NCBI RefSeq assembly: GCF_000009965.1
Contig: NC_006624.1
Span: forward strand, 690,001 to 722,000
Source: Thermococcus kodakarensis KOD1
GTDB taxonomy: Archaea; Methanobacteriota_B; Thermococci; Thermococcales; Thermococcaceae
Direction of reading: 5' to 3'
DNA length: 32,000 nt
Part shown: positions 16,706 through 25,549 of the stretch, piece by piece
Numbering within the stretch: position 1 is the stretch's first letter
Layout: the number at the start of each line of letters is the position of its first letter
The notes under the pieces: generated by a model
Told to the model about the DNA's origin: nothing
Seen by the model: only the letters and a program-made list of their open reading frames with translations
Databases searched by the model: none
Position numbers and translations under genes: made by a program

Positions 16706-16718
16706 AGCTTTTAACTCT
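16706..16718 (+). promoter_or_regulatory. TATA box for glmS-aglB
   Basis: AAGCTTTTAACTC is centred about 43 nt upstream of ATG 16755. SD AAAGGTGG at 16742-16749. Confidence 0.4.
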
Positions 16719-16754
16719 CCTCTCTTATCGGCTTGAGAAGTAAAGGTGGTTGCC

Positions 16755-18563
16755 ATGTGCGGCATCATTGGTTACATAGGCGACAGAAAGGCCTGCGAAG
16801 TCATTGTGAAGGGCCTCAAACGGCTCGAGTACCGGGGTTATGATTCTGCAGGGGTCGTGACAGGAAACGGCGAAACCCTCGACGTTAGGAAGGGGGCTGG
16901 GAGGATAGACAAACTCACGGAGAAGCTCGGCTTCCTTGAGATGGAGGGCAACAGGGGCATCGGTCACACCCGCTGGGCCACCCACGGTGTCCCGAACGAC
17001 ATCAACGCCCACCCCCAGAAGGACTGTACTGGAAAAATCGTTCTCGTTCACAACGGTATAATTGAGAATTTTGCTGAACTGAAGGAGGAGCTCCTCAAGA
17101 AGGGACACGTGTTCAGGAGCGATACAGATACCGAAGTTATCGCCCATCTTATTGAAGAGGAGCTGAAAGGCTCTGAAAACTTTGAGGAGGCCCTTAGAAA
17201 GGCACTAAATAAGCTTAGAGGTTCTTTTGCACTTGCCATAGTTTATGCGGATGAGCCCGATAAGCTTTATGTCGTCAGGAATGAGAGCCCGCTCGTTCTA
17301 GGTATCGGGGAGGGTGAGATGTTCGCGGCGAGCGATGTGCCCGCTTTCCTTGAATACACAAATAAGGTCATCTTTCTGGATGACGGGGAGTACGCAATCC
17401 TGACAAAGGACTCCTACGTCGTCAAGAGAATCGACACAGGGGAAGTCGTCGAAAAACCCGTCCACGAGATAAGCTGGACGCTGGAGATGGCCGAGAAAGC
17501 TGGCTATCCCCACTTCATGCTGAAGGAGATATACGAGCAGCCGAGGGCCATCAAAGACGCCATTCACGGCAACAGGGAGATCATCAGGAGCGTCGCCGAG
17601 GAGATAGCGAACTACGATAAAATAATCTTCGTGGCCATGGGCACTTCCTATCACGCCGCCCTCGTTGGGAAGTCTCTCTTCCAGAGGCTCGCCAAGAAAG
17701 TTCCGATCGTCGAAGAGGCGAGCGAGTTCAGGTATGAATTCGAGGATCTGATAGACGATAAGACCCTCGTCATAGCGATAACCCAGAGCGGTGAGACGGC
17801 AGACACCCTAGCGGCAATGAAGCTTGCGAAGAAGAATGGCGCAAAGGTTCTCGCAGTGGTCAACGTTGTGGGCAGTATGGCAACGAGGATAGCCGATTTA
17901 ACTCTCTACACGCACGCCGGGCCGGAAATCGGGGTCGCGGCCACAAAGACCTACACGACCCAGCTCACGGTCCTCACAATGCTCGCAATAGAGCTCGCGA
18001 AGGTTCTCGGCACTGCGAGCGAAGACTACCTTGAGAAGCTTGAGGATGAGCTTATGAAAGTTCCGGAACTCGTTGAACTCGCCCTAAAACACGACGAGGC
18101 TCTTAGGGAGCTCGCCGAAACGCTCAAGGACAAGAGGGACTTCTTCTACATCGGCAGGGGGATAAGCGTCCCAACGGCCCTCGAAGGAGCACTCAAGCTC
18201 AAGGAGATAAGCTACATCCACGCCGAGGGGCTGAGCGCGGGCGAGCTGAAGCACGGGCCGCTCGCACTGCTTGAAGACGGTGTCCCTGTGGTTGCAATAA
18301 ACCCGAGCGGAAAGGTCTTCGACAAAATGGTGAGCAACATTGAGGAGGCAAAGGCCAGGGGGGCTATGATAATCTCCCTCTCCGATAGGGAAGAGCTAAG
18401 CAGGGTCTCGGACGTTCTGGTGAAGATGCCTGAAGTTGATGAGCTGTTGAGTCCGATCGTCTACGTTGTTCCGCTCCAGCTCCTTGCCTATCACCTGGCC
18501 GTTTTGAGGGGCAACGACCCCGACAAGCCGAGAAACCTTGCAAAATCAGTTACTGTGGAGTGA
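16755..18563 (+). CDS. glmS: Glutamine--fructose-6-phosphate aminotransferase (isomerising)
   Basis: The N-terminal MCGIIGY (catalytic Cys after Met removal) fixes the start at 16755. Class-II glutaminase domain plus two SIS domains (…[10 protein letters not shown]…). C-terminal …NLAKSVTVE. Confidence 0.95.
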   Translation: MCGIIGYIGDRKACEVIVKGLKRLEYRGYDSAGVVTGNGETLDVRKGAGRIDKLTEKLGFLEMEGNRGIGHTRWATHGVPNDINAHPQKDCTGKIVLVHNGIIENFAELKEELLKKGHVFRSDTDTEVIAHLIEEELKGSENFEEALRKALNKLRGSFALAIVYADEPDKLYVVRNESPLVLGIGEGEMFAASDVPAFLEYTNKVIFLDDGEYAILTKDSYVVKRIDTGEVVEKPVHEISWTLEMAEKAGYPHFMLKEIYEQPRAIKDAIHGNREIIRSVAEEIANYDKIIFVAMGTSYHAALVGKSLFQRLAKKVPIVEEASEFRYEFEDLIDDKTLVIAITQSGETADTLAAMKLAKKNGAKVLAVVNVVGSMATRIADLTLYTHAGPEIGVAATKTYTTQLTVLTMLAIELAKVLGTASEDYLEKLEDELMKVPELVELALKHDEALRELAETLKDKRDFFYIGRGISVPTALEGALKLKEISYIHAEGLSAGELKHGPLALLEDGVPVVAINPSGKVFDKMVSNIEEAKARGAMIISLSDREELSRVSDVLVKMPEVDELLSPIVYVVPLQLLAYHLAVLRGNDPDKPRNLAKSVTVE

Positions 18564-18573
18564 GGTGGTCAAT

Positions 18574-21500
18574 ATGAAAACCGAAGCCAAAGAAAAATTG
18601 AAAAAATCCGAACCTGGGGAGGGACAGGCCTTCCCCAAGGCCTACCTTTATTTCAAAGAGTACGGGTTGCCCGTCCTCGTCCTGCTGTTGGCCTACATTG
18701 GGTACAGGATCAGGGCAGTGACTTCCGGTTTCAAGCTGTTCCTCGATCCAGATACGTTCTATCACTTCGAAATGTACAAGCTGGCAATCCAGGATTGGAT
18801 TCCCAAGTATTATGCCTATGCGGAACCTCCGATGGGCATAAAGCCCTCAGGGTACCTCGGTCTCTACACGGTTCAGGCTATGTTCTATAAGTTCGCACAT
18901 GCCTTGTTCGGCATGAACGAGTTTGAGGCCTTTAAGGTCTGGCCACCCTTCGTTGGGGCAATGATGGTCATAGGCACGTATCTGGTAGTCAGAAAGCTCC
19001 ACTCAAGCTGGGCGGGCTTCTGGGGAGCGGCCCTGATGATGGGCTTCTGGGGGGCTATAGAAAAGACGTACTCGGGCAACAACCGTGGAGAGGGCCCCTT
19101 CGTGATGTTCTTCCTGTTTACAGTCTATTTCCTGCTCCTCTATCTCGACGAAGAGCGCTGGAACTGGAAGAAAGTCCTTGGGCTGGTCTTTTTCCTTGTC
19201 CTCAGTCCACTGTACATGGGAGTTTGGACGGGGAGCTCGCTGGGTGTAATGATTCTGCTCGCAACTGGCGTGGTAGTGCCGGTGATATTCTTCACGGTAG
19301 GGGACACTGAACACCTCAGGCGCTTTGTCACTGAGTACTATCCTGCCTTTGGACTTTCCATTATAGCTGGAATTTTCCTCGCCCAGAGTGGCTTCGTTGG
19401 CATTAGAAACTTCCTTGTGTTCTCCTTTGAGGTTCTCATAGCGGGTACGGTGCTCGTCCTGATAATGCTTTACGGTGAGAGGTTTCTGAACTTTTCAGAC
19501 TGGATGCACAGGCTTGGAACCGTAGTTGGTATTGGAATTGCCGGCTTCCTGGCCTTTTACGCCTACTTCGGAAAGGCCCTCTTCAACTTCCTCAGAGCGG
19601 CCACTCAGTCAACTCCCCTTTACCAGACCGTCGCCGAGCTCCAGACCCCAAGCTGGAGATACATAATAGCAACGTTCAGCCTCAAACCCAAAGGCTCACA
19701 GGGGGACAGCATAATTTTCATATTCTCCCTCTTGGGCCTTTTTGTTCTCGGCTGGAAGTTCTATAGGGGGGTAAAGGAGAAGCGCTACGAAACCTACAAG
19801 CACTTCATACCTCTGTTCCACTACCTCGGCACAATATACCTCTTCAAGCAGGCAGTTCGCTTCTCCTTCCAGGCTTCAGTAGCCGCGATAATCCTGGCGG
19901 CTATTGCAATGGGAGAGGCCTTCCTCTACGTTGAGAGGATGAGGGACACGGTTACTGTGAAGGCACTATATACGGCCTTCCTGATTCTAATGCTAGTTCC
20001 AATGCCCTATGTGTCCGCTAGCTACTCCTATGATGCTATGAAGAGCGAGAGTCTCAAAATTAGATTAACTAACTCCAAAATGCCTGGAAGCGTTCCAGAG
20101 GCCTGGACCGACGCCCTTCTGTGGATTAAAAACAACAGCGACCCCTACGCAACAGTTCTAAGCTGGTGGGACTACGGCTACTGGGAGGAGTCGAGCCTGC
20201 TGAGCCACCGCAGAGCGGTAAGCGATGGTGGTCACGGCTACGACAGGAGATACATCATAGCCAAGTTCTTCTCCCACAGCGGGAACGCAGGAGAGGTTGA
20301 CCTGGAAGCCTGGGGAGACGACTACGTTATAACGTTCCTCGATCCCTTCGATGGATCGAGCGACTTCGGCAAGTTCAACGCCATAGCCTACCTCGGCGGT
20401 GCGATAGCCTATGGAGAGAGATATCCAATGTTCAGCTATGTCTATTACAACGACATCGTGGTCACCAACGATACCATAGCAGTCAAAGCTGGAAACGGGT
20501 ACGTGGTACCTGATATTGTAGTGGATCTAATCAGAGGCCAGGTATTCAAGAACAAGGAACCGACCCACCCGTTTGTCCTCTACATATATCCTTACATGAC
20601 TTCCAGCAACCAAATATACCCCATTGGGATTCTAGCCTACGAAAAGATAGCACTCAGCAACTACCTCCAGCTTGGATTGGGGGTTCCGATTTCGCTCAAC
20701 GGAGAGGAGAGTGAGAAGCTCTTTGCAAACTTCAAGCTCGAATACACCGGTTACAATGGCTACACGAAAAAGCAGGGGGTCTATGTCCCAAGCGTTAGGG
20801 TCTATAAGTTCACCCCGTTTGCAATACACCGCATCGAGGCCATGATGAACGGAAACTGGACTAGAGTTTATGATTCGATCAACGGCGGCGGACTAGAGGT
20901 TAAGAGCGGCAACACTACTCTGCCCTTAACTGGCGAACAGAAGCTCAGGCTCTACATTTCGGCGTTTGGAAGAGACGTAAAGAACGGAACGCTGATATTT
21001 GAAGCCTACAACGGTACAGAGCTGGTTGACAGGCAGGTTCTTGTGAAGAACCTCAATATTGACCACCTCAACGAAACTCCCGTTGAGGTCACCGTGAAGA
21101 TTCCGCAAGCAGAGAAGTACCGCTTCATCCTGCTCCAGGAGGGTCCCGTTGGTGTCACAAACGGCCCTGTTTACGTCAATGGAAAGCTCGCAAATCCAAG
21201 CATGCCGCTGAAACCTGGGGAAAGTGGCAATATCGAGCTTACGGAGGCGTTTGAGAAGGACTACACGAACGTCAAGTTCACTCTGAGGGGCGTTGTTTAC
21301 TACTACGTGGCACCCAACGGCAACGACATAAACAGGCCCGAGTTCTACCTTGAGCCTCACATGGACATAATCGGCTACATCCCTGTTGCAGAACTGGATA
21401 AAGTCCAGGAGGGGGACAACTTAATCAGAGGTCAGGCCAGCGTCCCGAAGGACTTCTTCGATTCATATATCCAAGAACTGAAGCAGAAGTACGGGGACAA

Positions 21501-21576
21501 AGTCGTGGTGGTTGGCAAGCGCCTTGAGCCGATATTCCTCACCCAGAAGGAGTACGTGCTGTGGGAAGGCCATTAG
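18574..21576 (+). CDS. aglB: Archaeal oligosaccharyltransferase AglB (STT3 family, long form)
   Basis: 1000 aa. First-loop acidic motif LDPDTFYH, WWDYG motif (SWWDYGYWEE), DK-type motif DFGKFNAI. About 13 N-terminal TM helices and a large C-terminal globular region. SD GAGGTGG overlaps the glmS stop codon. Confidence 0.92.
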   Translation: MKTEAKEKLKKSEPGEGQAFPKAYLYFKEYGLPVLVLLLAYIGYRIRAVTSGFKLFLDPDTFYHFEMYKLAIQDWIPKYYAYAEPPMGIKPSGYLGLYTVQAMFYKFAHALFGMNEFEAFKVWPPFVGAMMVIGTYLVVRKLHSSWAGFWGAALMMGFWGAIEKTYSGNNRGEGPFVMFFLFTVYFLLLYLDEERWNWKKVLGLVFFLVLSPLYMGVWTGSSLGVMILLATGVVVPVIFFTVGDTEHLRRFVTEYYPAFGLSIIAGIFLAQSGFVGIRNFLVFSFEVLIAGTVLVLIMLYGERFLNFSDWMHRLGTVVGIGIAGFLAFYAYFGKALFNFLRAATQSTPLYQTVAELQTPSWRYIIATFSLKPKGSQGDSIIFIFSLLGLFVLGWKFYRGVKEKRYETYKHFIPLFHYLGTIYLFKQAVRFSFQASVAAIILAAIAMGEAFLYVERMRDTVTVKALYTAFLILMLVPMPYVSASYSYDAMKSESLKIRLTNSKMPGSVPEAWTDALLWIKNNSDPYATVLSWWDYGYWEESSLLSHRRAVSDGGHGYDRRYIIAKFFSHSGNAGEVDLEAWGDDYVITFLDPFDGSSDFGKFNAIAYLGGAIAYGERYPMFSYVYYNDIVVTNDTIAVKAGNGYVVPDIVVDLIRGQVFKNKEPTHPFVLYIYPYMTSSNQIYPIGILAYEKIALSNYLQLGLGVPISLNGEESEKLFANFKLEYTGYNGYTKKQGVYVPSVRVYKFTPFAIHRIEAMMNGNWTRVYDSINGGGLEVKSGNTTLPLTGEQKLRLYISAFGRDVKNGTLIFEAYNGTELVDRQVLVKNLNIDHLNETPVEVTVKIPQAEKYRFILLQEGPVGVTNGPVYVNGKLANPSMPLKPGESGNIELTEAFEKDYTNVKFTLRGVVYYYVAPNGNDINRPEFYLEPHMDIIGYIPVAELDKVQEGDNLIRGQASVPKDFFDSYIQELKQKYGDKVVVVGKRLEPIFLTQKEYVLWEGH

Positions 21577-21577
21577 A

Positions 21578-21627
21578 AATTTTCCAATATTTGGCCCCCT
21601 AATTTTAGATTTTTTCCAACATTTTGT
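21578..21627 (+). terminator. Oligo-T terminator region after aglB
   Basis: aaattttcc…ctaattttagattttttccaacattttg: several T4-T6 runs immediately after the TAG stop, the usual archaeal termination signal. Confidence 0.5.
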
Positions 21628-21660
21628 CGATTCATCTTGTATTTTATACAAAGAGAACAG

Positions 21661-21674
21661 AAAACTTTAAATTC
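21661..21674 (+). promoter_or_regulatory. TATA box for the 246-aa hypothetical gene
   Basis: AAAACTTTAAATTC is centred about 40 nt upstream of GTG 21707. Confidence 0.35.
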
Positions 21675-21706
21675 TGAACGGCACAAAATAGCATCGGGCG
21701 AGGAAG

Positions 21707-22447
21707 GTGTTTGAAGTTATACCAGAGAAGTACAGACCCCTGATGCAGAGGCTTTTCATATCCAAGATATCAGACGCCTTAGACTCCCTTGGGATGAGGT
21801 TAGTGAGCAGTTCGATTTACGTTAATCCTGTCGGAAAAGAGGTATTCCTCAGGTTTCATCTTAGGGTGATTCAGACGAGTTTGGCAGGTTCTATTGATGT
21901 TGAGCCGACCGTTAAAGGACTTATTGAAAAACTTGTAATGGAAGCCAACGAGTCGCTTGGGAGGGTTTATGGTGTAACTTTCATAATTGAGGACGTTAGT
22001 ATTGAGCAGGAACTCCCAAAAGACCACGAAAGTCTCCAAGATCAACCCAAGTTGGTACTTGACGTCCCCCTCGAGCTGGAGGGACCTTTCAGACGGATTG
22101 GGAAGGGGCTTGTGATTTCCTTACGGGAATGGGGAATAGCCGCGGCATCAATCGTTTTGGGAGTTGACCCCTCAGGTTTAAATCGCGTTAGTCTGGTCGT
22201 AAAGCTGAGAGAACCGATGGGAAGGGAAGAAAAGGCTTCCCTCGTTAAAGCTCTCAGGGAAAAGCTTGCGGGGTACATAAAACTCTTGATAAAGAAGCCG
22301 ATGCAGACTTCTGTTAAGATCATTGATCCCAGCGATAAAGTCGTTGCCAAGGTAATGAAGAAAACAAAGCTCATGGAGAAAGAAGTGGAGAACATCATCG
22401 GCAACGAAGACGTTAGGGCTATCATGAAGGCCCTTGGAAAGCTCTGA
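21707..22447 (+). CDS. Hypothetical protein with internal tandem domain duplication
   Basis: 246 aa, GTG start. Residues ~20-100 and ~130-215 align with each other (G[MI]…VNPVGKEVFLRFHLR / VDPSGLNRVSLVVKLR; VKGLIEKL / VKALREKL; IIED / IIDP). Visibly more A/T-rich than its neighbours. No family recognised. Confidence 0.65.
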   Translation: MFEVIPEKYRPLMQRLFISKISDALDSLGMRLVSSSIYVNPVGKEVFLRFHLRVIQTSLAGSIDVEPTVKGLIEKLVMEANESLGRVYGVTFIIEDVSIEQELPKDHESLQDQPKLVLDVPLELEGPFRRIGKGLVISLREWGIAAASIVLGVDPSGLNRVSLVVKLREPMGREEKASLVKALREKLAGYIKLLIKKPMQTSVKIIDPSDKVVAKVMKKTKLMEKEVENIIGNEDVRAIMKALGKL

Positions 22448-22451
22448 ACCT

Positions 22452-23126
22452 TTACTCATGTTCCTTCCTCTTCTCCTCGCGTGAGTGAATGTAATCCAGT
22501 AAAGGCTGTATCCTCTTCCATACTTCACTTATCGGCCCGTCGCCGTCAACCCTAACGTATATCCCCTTGGCACGGTAGAACTTGATTATCGGCTCCATGT
22601 TCTTTGAGTATATCCTGTACCTCTTCCTGACGACCTCTTCCCTGTCGTCTGCCCTCTGGATGAGCTCGGAGCCGCAGACATCACAGATTCCTGGCACCTT
22701 GGGTGGATTGTACTTTACGTGATAGACTGCTCCGCAGTTGGGGCATATCCTTCTCCCGGAAATCCTCTCAACGCTCGTGTCCTCATCGATGAAGATTTCT
22801 AGGGCCAAGTCTAGCTTAATACCATGGTCAAAGAGGTAGTTCTCAAGGGATATGACCTGTTCTGGCGTCCTTGGGTAGCCGTCAAGGATAAAGTTCTCCC
22901 TCTGGCGGCGGAGCTTTGAGATTATCAGGGTGTTAACGATGGTATCTGGAATGAGGTCTCCCCTGCTAAGGTAGGCCTCCATCTCCCTGCCGAGAGAAGA
23001 CTTCCTTTCGATTTCTCTCCTGATGAGGTCTCCCGACGAAATATAGACGAGGCCGTACTTTTCCATTATTGTTCTTGAGTGCGTACTCTTCCCGCTTCCA
23101 GGCGGGCCGAAGATAAGTATGTTCAC
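22452..23126 (-). CDS. adk: Adenylate kinase, classical (bacterial/eukaryal-type) with Zn-binding lid
   Basis: GTG 23126 gives (M)NILIFGPPGSGKST (P-loop at the N-terminus). …LDGYPRT…. Lid CPNCGAVYH…CDVCGSELIQRADD (CxxC…CxxC). The ORF-track extension to 23198 adds 24 non-homologous residues over promoter DNA. Confidence 0.9.
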   Translation of the reverse strand: MNILIFGPPGSGKSTHSRTIMEKYGLVYISSGDLIRREIERKSSLGREMEAYLSRGDLIPDTIVNTLIISKLRRQRENFILDGYPRTPEQVISLENYLFDHGIKLDLALEIFIDEDTSVERISGRRICPNCGAVYHVKYNPPKVPGICDVCGSELIQRADDREEVVRKRYRIYSKNMEPIIKFYRAKGIYVRVDGDGPISEVWKRIQPLLDYIHSREEKRKEHE

Positions 23127-23138
23127 GGACGACCACCA

Positions 23139-23153
23139 ATAAATATTTATGCA
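23139..23153. promoter_or_regulatory. AT-rich palindromic TATA region between divergent adk and the coiled-coil gene
   Basis: AATAAATATTTATGC lies in a 58-nt divergent gap. GGTGGTG SD precedes ATG 23185, and GGTGG precedes GTG 23126 on the other strand. Confidence 0.4.
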
Positions 23154-23184
23154 CCCGAAGTTGAATAAACTTTTGGTGGTGCCG

Positions 23185-23640
23185 ATGAAGTTAAACACCG
23201 GCTACGTCCGCGCCAGTGGTTACGCTCACAAAGTAAGGAGGGTGCTCTTTGCATTAGTTAAGGGAAAAGTTGATCCCAAGGAGGTCGTCAGGGCCGCTGG
23301 AGAGCTTAACTCAAAGATATTTGAAGAGTTCCAGAAGTTAGGTGTTGAGAAGGAAGACGTTGTCAGGATAAGCGTTGAGTTCTCCATCAAGGATGGTTCA
23401 ATAGTGTGGGACTACGACACCCTGTCTATCGAAGTCTACAAGAAGAGCGAGGAGGAAAGGCTCGCAAAGGCCATGGAGGAGGTTGAAGCAAGGGAACGCG
23501 AGTTAGACCAGAAGATAAGAGAGGTCGAAGAGCTGGCGCTGAAGCTGAGGAGTGTTGCCGAAGAACTCGTGGAAAAGATAGAGGAGCTGAAGCAGGAGCA
23601 TACATCCCTCAAGCTGAAGGCTGAGATGGAAGAGAGCTGA
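23185..23640 (+). CDS. Conserved-archaeal-type hypothetical protein with C-terminal coiled coil
   Basis: 151 aa from ATG 23185 (MKLNTGYVRASGYAHKVRRVLFAL…). The C-terminal ~60 residues are heptad-like and E/K/L-rich (…EARERELDQKIREVEELALKLRSVAEELVEKIEELKQEH…). Confidence 0.7.
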   Translation: MKLNTGYVRASGYAHKVRRVLFALVKGKVDPKEVVRAAGELNSKIFEEFQKLGVEKEDVVRISVEFSIKDGSIVWDYDTLSIEVYKKSEEERLAKAMEEVEARERELDQKIREVEELALKLRSVAEELVEKIEELKQEHTSLKLKAEMEES

Positions 23641-23699
23641 ACTTTTTTCTAAGATTTTTCAGAAATGAAAGGTATAAAAGGACAAAAAAGTTGCTAGGA
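23641..23699. terminator. Bidirectional oligo-T terminator region
   Basis: Plus-strand T6 (23643-23648) and T5 (23655-23659) follow the coiled-coil gene. Minus-strand CTTTTTTG (23683-23690) follows the fprA stop. Confidence 0.5.
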
Positions 23700-24935
23700 C
23701 TACAAAGTCCACTGAACGAGCTTCCTGACGGCTTCCCTCAGCTTCTCCTCGTCCTCTGGCGTTGGGTAGCCTTTGCTCTCAACTGTCGCAACGTGGTCGA
23801 ACTTGCTTCTGGTGATCATCGTTTCGATTTTCCTACCAGCAACGCCGCCCCAGCCGAAGGCCCCGACAATGAGAACGGGCTTTTCGTAGTTGGCCTTGTC
23901 AACGATCTCGTAGAGGGCGTAGCGTATTCTCGGGTGTATCTCGGCCTCGTAGGTTGATGCGCCAATTATCAGGGCTTCAGCGCTCGGAACCTCGCCGAGT
24001 ATGTCGCTGACCGCTGGAGCTTCCTTGTCCGTGAAGCGGTAAACTACAGGTTTCTTTCCGTGCTTCCTTAGTTCATCAAGAACGATCTCCATTCTCCTTT
24101 CAACGAAACCGTACATGGAGTCGTAGATGACGAGAACCTTGTCCTTTTCGGAAACCCCTGCACCAACGCGCTCGTAGTGTTCGAATATCCTGAGCGGGTC
24201 CCTCTTCCACACCAAGCCGTGGCCGGGGAGTATCATCCTAGCGCTCTCAACTATTCCAAGACTCTTCAGCTTCTTGATGTTCTGGACGATGTACTTGTGG
24301 TAGTGGCCGATAACGGTGACGATGTACTTGGTCACGTGCGGGAGGTACTTCTCCACGAACTCCTCATCGCTGTCGTCGATGGTTTCGGGAATTGAGTACC
24401 CGCCGCCTGCGTCGCAGGAGAAGATTATCCTGTCCTCAACGACGTAGGTTATCATCGTGTCGGGCCAGTGAAGCCATGGAACTGCTATGAATCGGAAGGT
24501 CTTTCCGCCGATCTGCATCTCCTCGCCGTCCTTGACGACCTTGAAGTTCTCGACAACTTTGTCTCCATAGAACCCCTGAAGGAGGTTCCTCGCGAACTGG
24601 GTTCCTATCACCTGGGCCCTGTAGCCGTTCTCCTCAAGGACTTTGGGCAGGGCACCGCTGTGATCTGGCTCTGTGTGGTGGACGATTATGTGGGTTATCT
24701 CCTTTGGATCAACGAGCTTCCTAAGTGCGTCCATAAAAAGGTCGGTGTACTCCTTCTTTGTTGTATCAAAGAGGACAACTGCACCGTCGAGCTTCATCAG
24801 GTAGGCGTTGTAAGTTATCCCCTCGGGAATGTCCCATGTGGCCTCGAAGTACCTTATTTGGTCATCATCAACCCTTATGATGTAGAGCTCCGGATCAGTA
24901 CAGAGCTTTTCAACCCACAGCCTCGGCATTTCCAT
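23700..24935 (-). CDS. fprA: Flavodiiron protein (FprA family; metallo-beta-lactamase-like plus flavodoxin domains)
   Basis: Diiron motif HHTEPDHSG, and a C-terminal flavodoxin-like domain (…KVLVIYDSMYGFVE…). ATG 24935 (MEMPRLW…) chosen because TATA GCTTTTTTAT (24961-24970) sits about 26 nt upstream. The ORF-track ATG 24962 lies inside that TATA. Confidence 0.9.
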   Translation of the reverse strand: MEMPRLWVEKLCTDPELYIIRVDDDQIRYFEATWDIPEGITYNAYLMKLDGAVVLFDTTKKEYTDLFMDALRKLVDPKEITHIIVHHTEPDHSGALPKVLEENGYRAQVIGTQFARNLLQGFYGDKVVENFKVVKDGEEMQIGGKTFRFIAVPWLHWPDTMITYVVEDRIIFSCDAGGGYSIPETIDDSDEEFVEKYLPHVTKYIVTVIGHYHKYIVQNIKKLKSLGIVESARMILPGHGLVWKRDPLRIFEHYERVGAGVSEKDKVLVIYDSMYGFVERRMEIVLDELRKHGKKPVVYRFTDKEAPAVSDILGEVPSAEALIIGASTYEAEIHPRIRYALYEIVDKANYEKPVLIVGAFGWGGVAGRKIETMITRSKFDHVATVESKGYPTPEDEEKLREAVRKLVQWTL

Positions 24936-24960
24936 CACCGAACCCCTTTGGTGCGGAAAC

Positions 24961-24970
24961 ATAAAAAAGC
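24961..24970 (-). promoter_or_regulatory. TATA box for fprA
   Basis: Minus strand reads GCTTTTTTAT; see the fprA start-site reasoning. Confidence 0.45.
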
Positions 24971-25030
24971 TTTCCCCAAACCATATGTTTTGGACAGAAT
25001 TGTTGCCCTAAAGAGGCTAAAAATAAGAGA

Positions 25031-25477
25031 TCAGTGGAGCACTTCAAAAATCTCCTCCAGATCTGGAAGCTCGCTTATCGGGTAGACTTTGAAAAAGACT
25101 ACCCTTCCTTCCTCATCAACCAGCACGTTCGCCCTCTCTGAGAAGCCACCGTCTTCTCTAAATATGCCGTAGAGCTTTGAAACAGCCCCGTGCGGCCAGA
25201 AGTCGCTCAGAATCCTCAGCCTCTTCAGCCCCATATGTTCTGCCCACGCCTTCTTGCTCGGCACGGGGTCAACGCTAATCCCAACGGGAACGACGTTCAG
25301 CTCCTCAAAGCGCTCGTAGTTCTCTTCCAAAGCTTTCATCTGCTTCTCGCATATCCCAGTCCACGCAAGCGGGTGGAATGAGAGGAGGACTCTCTTGCCC
25401 CTGAAGTCGCTGAGTCTGAATTCTTTTCCGTCTTGATCTTTTAGGACAAAATCCAGAGCCGTTTCACCAACTTTCAC
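25031..25477 (-). CDS. bcp: Peroxiredoxin (AhpC/TSA family, Bcp/PrxQ-like)
   Basis: PxxxTxxC peroxidatic motif HPLAWTGICEKQ. GTG 25477 gives (M)KVGETALDFVLKDQDGKEF, the typical Prx N-terminus, with a GGGGTG SD upstream. Confidence 0.85.
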   Translation of the reverse strand: MKVGETALDFVLKDQDGKEFRLSDFRGKRVLLSFHPLAWTGICEKQMKALEENYERFEELNVVPVGISVDPVPSKKAWAEHMGLKRLRILSDFWPHGAVSKLYGIFREDGGFSERANVLVDEEGRVVFFKVYPISELPDLEEIFEVLH

Positions 25478-25510
25478 ACTATCACACCCCAATTAGTTTT
25501 GATCGCAGGA

Positions 25511-25540
25511 ATAAAGCAAGAAAAAGAAAAAAAAATCATT
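25511..25540 (-). terminator. Strong oligo-T terminator after the oxidoreductase operon
   Basis: Minus strand reads GATTTTTTTTTCTTTTTCTTGCTTTATT (T9 then T5), starting about 10 nt after the korB-like stop. Confidence 0.6.
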
Positions 25541-25549
25541 CTGGGCCTT

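Noticed and set aside
24984-25010. SurR-type operator (GTTn3AAC, as I recall the consensus) near the fprA promoter
   Set aside because: Only near-matches are present (GTTTTGGAC, GTCCAAAAC). No exact GTTn3AAC or extended motif occurs, so I report only the palindrome and do not name a regulator.
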